From Candidatus Omnitrophota bacterium (GTDB lineage Bacteria > Omnitrophota > Gorgyraeia > Zapsychrales > Fredricksoniimonadaceae): 64,000 bases of DNA. The number at the start of each line of letters is the position of its first letter. Position 1 is the stretch's first letter. The notes below the pieces were generated by a model, which was given only the letters and a program-made list of their open reading frames with translations, had not been told where the DNA came from and did not search any database. The stretch lies in NCBI GenBank assembly GCA_030650275.1, contig JAUSEK010000012.1, positions 472 through 64,471 on the forward strand, given 5' to 3'. Shown piece after piece: positions 60,973 to 64,000 of the stretch. Position numbers and translations under genes: made by a program.

Positions 60973-61371
60973 GTGGTTCAACTACTTGTGAAAATGTATA
61001 AATATCCGGGAAGAGGCACAACCATCGTTTTTGACCAACCTTTGGCCGCCCGTAAACTCCCTCCGCCAAAAACACTCAAGAATCTTATCACGGAAGCGAT
61101 GAAATTTCACGATTATTTAGCCGAAGATACTCAAAGAACATTTTTTGATGCCAGCCGCGAATTCAAGGTCACTCGGTCTTGGATATCCCAGCTGATGAAG
61201 ATAGCCAATGCCCTGCCAACCAACTTCCTCAAAGACATGAAATCCTGCACCGATCAAACTACCATCAAACGCTTTTCCGGCAAGACCCTAATGCACATCG
61301 CGAAACTCAAAACCCCTCAAGAACGGCAAACCACTATCAATAACTTATTAAGCGACTCCGCTTCAATATGA
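60973..61371 (+). CDS. HTH-like protein of the kind found at recombinase/island ends (possibly a fragment)
   Basis: ASREFKVTRSWISQLMK HTH-like segment; frame stays open upstream to about 60850. Confidence 0.5.
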   Translation: MVQLLVKMYKYPGRGTTIVFDQPLAARKLPPPKTLKNLITEAMKFHDYLAEDTQRTFFDASREFKVTRSWISQLMKIANALPTNFLKDMKSCTDQTTIKRFSGKTLMHIAKLKTPQERQTTINNLLSDSASI

Positions 61372-61499
61372 GTCCGACTTAAGACTTGGGTATAATCTTC
61401 TGACCACCCTATCTGACCACCTGCCTGATCTTTCAAGACCGTGCTTTTTCAACCCATAGCTAATCGTGCCATAATCATGCCACAATCGCGCCTTTATAC

Positions 61500-61530
61500 C
61501 TGACGCAAATCTGACGCAAATCTGACGCAA
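61500..61530. repeat. 11-bp tandem repeat CTGACGCAAAT, about 3 copies
   Basis: Directly visible; further short repeats at 61399-61421 and 61462-61491. Confidence 0.8.
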
Positions 61531-61534
61531 GCTT

Positions 61535-62908
61535 TTAGCTGTTTTTTAAAATATAATGCGTAGTTTTCCCTACACCCTGTTTTTTGATAATCTTTAAACC
61601 TATCAACCGCTTTAATAATTGATTAGCAGTTTCACGGGTTATCTTAAACATCTTTTGAATCTCTCCGCTACCAATCTGTTTATTAGCAACTATATGCTCG
61701 ATAACCTTACTTTCTCTCTCAGTTAAACTAAATTGTGTTAGATATCCTTCTGTGATCTTTGTCTTTCGTAACGTAACGACAATGCTACTTCCAGCGTATT
61801 CAAATTCCGGCTCTGGCAATCCCCATTCCTTACACCATGAAATTATTTTATTAGTTCCTGTTCCAACCTCTTCAGCATATCCAATCCGGAAAAATGCTGT
61901 GGCAATTGAAGGATTTACCGGTTTTGATTCATGCGTTTGTTTTAATGTTGCCGTAGTCCAACCTTGCGGCAGATGTCCCGGATTCCAGAACTCCATACGG
62001 TCATCAAATATCCTGATCTGTACTTTTGAAGTGGTTCTATAGTCTCGGTGTGCCAAAGCATTTGATAATATTTCTCTAATAGCTTTGGGCGGATACAGCC
62101 ATTTTTCCTGCCGTTCTAATTTTCCCGATTCAATCCATGCACGCATTGGAATATGATCAAAAATAAATTTTTCTGCTTCCTTTACAAGTCTGATGACATC
62201 TGCGTTGACTGGCTTTAAATCTATCATTTCCCCCGCTACATCCACTCCTTTAAACCTGATGCATTTTACTTCCAACTGTTCAAAAAACTTTTCTGGATTT
62301 TTTCCAAACAAAAGAACCGCACCATTAGTCAGCTTACCGTTATTAAGCAACTTAAGCTGTGTTAATATCGCTTTCAGCGATCCATTCTCGTCAACATCAA
62401 GGTCACGTTTCTTTTTGGCAGACAATACAAAATTCTTAACTTTTGTAATATCAATATCTGTTAACGACGATCCTTTGCAAATTTCATTATCAAAATGATG
62501 CGATTCTTTGTATTTTTCCAGAATCAACCCTTCGTATTCATCCTTGCCCATCTGCCGGGTTGAGGGCCCCACACGCTTATACGGCCTACCATCCGCCAAG
62601 ACCAATTTATCTTTGGACTGTTTAACCTCAATGACAATTATTTGTTTACCTTTAATCTTTTTCACAGTGATCTTCGGCTGGATTCTTGGATCCGTGTGCT
62701 GGGCAATACGATTGACTAAATCTTCAACAGTGCCTTTGCCGATCTGAACACCCTGAACCTCTCCAGTCTTTGATACGCCCACAAGCAACCGCCCACCCTC
62801 GGTATTAGCGAAGGCCGTTATACTTTCAACGATCTCATGAATTTGAGACAGTGACGGCTTCCATTCAATTATCGTTGATTCACTAGAACCAATTAATTTT
62901 AATGACAT
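61535..62908 (-). CDS. AlbA_2 (Schlafen-like) + HATPase_c_4 + HTH protein
   Basis: EWK...AFANTEGG.L.VGV; YP..AIRE...NALAHRDY; FDDR.E..NPG; EEVGTG; C-terminal wHTH. Confidence 0.9.
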   Translation of the reverse strand: MSLKLIGSSESTIIEWKPSLSQIHEIVESITAFANTEGGRLLVGVSKTGEVQGVQIGKGTVEDLVNRIAQHTDPRIQPKITVKKIKGKQIIVIEVKQSKDKLVLADGRPYKRVGPSTRQMGKDEYEGLILEKYKESHHFDNEICKGSSLTDIDITKVKNFVLSAKKKRDLDVDENGSLKAILTQLKLLNNGKLTNGAVLLFGKNPEKFFEQLEVKCIRFKGVDVAGEMIDLKPVNADVIRLVKEAEKFIFDHIPMRAWIESGKLERQEKWLYPPKAIREILSNALAHRDYRTTSKVQIRIFDDRMEFWNPGHLPQGWTTATLKQTHESKPVNPSIATAFFRIGYAEEVGTGTNKIISWCKEWGLPEPEFEYAGSSIVVTLRKTKITEGYLTQFSLTERESKVIEHIVANKQIGSGEIQKMFKITRETANQLLKRLIGLKIIKKQGVGKTTHYILKNS

Positions 62909-63031
62909 TATGCCCCCTACCCGCTTTAACCTCGGCGGTGAATTTCTTGAATTCGATTGTTTCGGATTCTTTATGCATTAGATTTCCTAATTTACCCGTA
63001 AATTATGTTACACGTCTATGATCATATTTTA

Positions 63032-63868
63032 TTACTTTTTTGTTCGAAGAACTAAAATGCTATCATCCATAAGAACTACACCTGCTGGCTCTCCACGCAT
63101 AACTGCAATCTTATTCCATATCCACTTATCTTCAATGCCTGCAATCTTTTTCTTTCCCTTCATTCGAATTCCATAAACAGTCCATCCTGCATCTTTTAGA
63201 ACTTCGAGCGTTTTTGAAATACCCACTACTGATCGCATTTGATCAGGAACCTCTATATCATCCCAAATATCACCCAAATCACGCAATTCTTGAATAAAAC
63301 CGCCCACAAGATCAATTTCTAAATCGCTATTTGGTTCATCATTAAAAAAATACGAAAAATGACAACCGATTACAACGTCAACAATTTCTCTACCAGTGGT
63401 TAATCGAGGCATTACGACCATCCGCTTCTGCCATGCTTCCAGTATTCCGGGCTTAATTACTTCGATCAGTTTGGGCACAACAATATTAATACCATCTTCC
63501 CATTTACAAGCTATCCGATCCGCTAAAATATGCGAAGAAGATCGGACATTCTTTTCATCAATCCCAACCCAAACAGGAAGAATGACTTTCTCTCCGTTCA
63601 CTTCTTTTTGCGCCAATCCGTCTAATTCAAGATTTGTATAATGTTTATCAAAGAAAGCTGTTGATAAAATCACTATGCCATACCGGCTTTTATTCAAGCC
63701 ATCGTCTATCTTACGACGAAGACTATCTCCAATCTTTAGATCAAACTGATCAAACCATACACTTATACCCAAAGAAGACAACAGCTGAGCAAGCGGCTTT
63801 GCAACCGTTTCTCGATCTTCTGATGCATAAGAAATAAAAACATCTTTCTCAACTATTGATGAATTCAT
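63032..63868 (-). CDS. TIR domain-containing protein
   Basis: DVFISYASED, VWFD..L.IGDSL...ID.GL..S, and ELDGL with the conserved Glu. Confidence 0.92.
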   Translation of the reverse strand: MNSSIVEKDVFISYASEDRETVAKPLAQLLSSLGISVWFDQFDLKIGDSLRRKIDDGLNKSRYGIVILSTAFFDKHYTNLELDGLAQKEVNGEKVILPVWVGIDEKNVRSSSHILADRIACKWEDGINIVVPKLIEVIKPGILEAWQKRMVVMPRLTTGREIVDVVIGCHFSYFFNDEPNSDLEIDLVGGFIQELRDLGDIWDDIEVPDQMRSVVGISKTLEVLKDAGWTVYGIRMKGKKKIAGIEDKWIWNKIAVMRGEPAGVVLMDDSILVLRTKK

Positions 63869-64000
63869 AGTTTGCGACTTCAGTTTTCTTATTTGTTAAT
63901 GTCGCAAGAAATCTAATCGTACTCGTGACATGATTAAAAATTAAAAGGCTCTCATTATAATTTAATACCGGATTATCATGAGCCAAACTTTGATTATTTC

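Overview
Chromosomal window from a PVC-superphylum bacterium. The 16S carries GGATTAGGCATGCAAGTC and a Minf_1886-type gene sits next to recG; Omnitrophota is my best guess but is unconfirmed. Most genes are on the minus strand. From left to right: (1) housekeeping block fabH-plsX-rpmF-yceD-coaD-rsmD-recG; (2) a complete rrn operon (16S, tRNA-Ile, tRNA-Ala, 23S, 5S); (3) a ~17.5 kb type II aromatic PKS cluster (KS-alpha, CLF, ACP, cyclases, SDR, CoA ligase, B12 radical SAM) joined to a 5'-deoxyadenosine/MTA-salvage-like set of phosphorylase, isomerase, aldolase and aldehyde dehydrogenase; (4) a BrnT/BrnA toxin-antitoxin pair, an IS3 element and PadR; (5) hldD, a REC-EAL regulator, folA-thyA-glgP, a TPP-enzyme/GT2 glycan-modification block, terC, moaC and gpmI; (6) a stand-alone CHASE2 protein and a two-partner secretion pair; (7) the edge of an AT-rich island with a RelE/ParE TA pair, an AlbA-HATPase protein and a TIR protein. 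The most striking observation is a ~270 bp all-RNA cassette at 15440-15711, inside the PKS operon on the opposite strand. A consensus promoter drives an aberrant tRNA with a GGC(G) anticodon loop, no Ala identity pair and an Arg-like A20. Its trailer hairpin loop is complementary to its own anticodon arm. A separately promoted and terminated ~70-nt RNA follows and can form a 23-bp duplex with the tRNA D-loop and anticodon. This looks like a candidate tRNA-toxin / antisense-RNA-antitoxin system; the function is inferred, not demonstrated.
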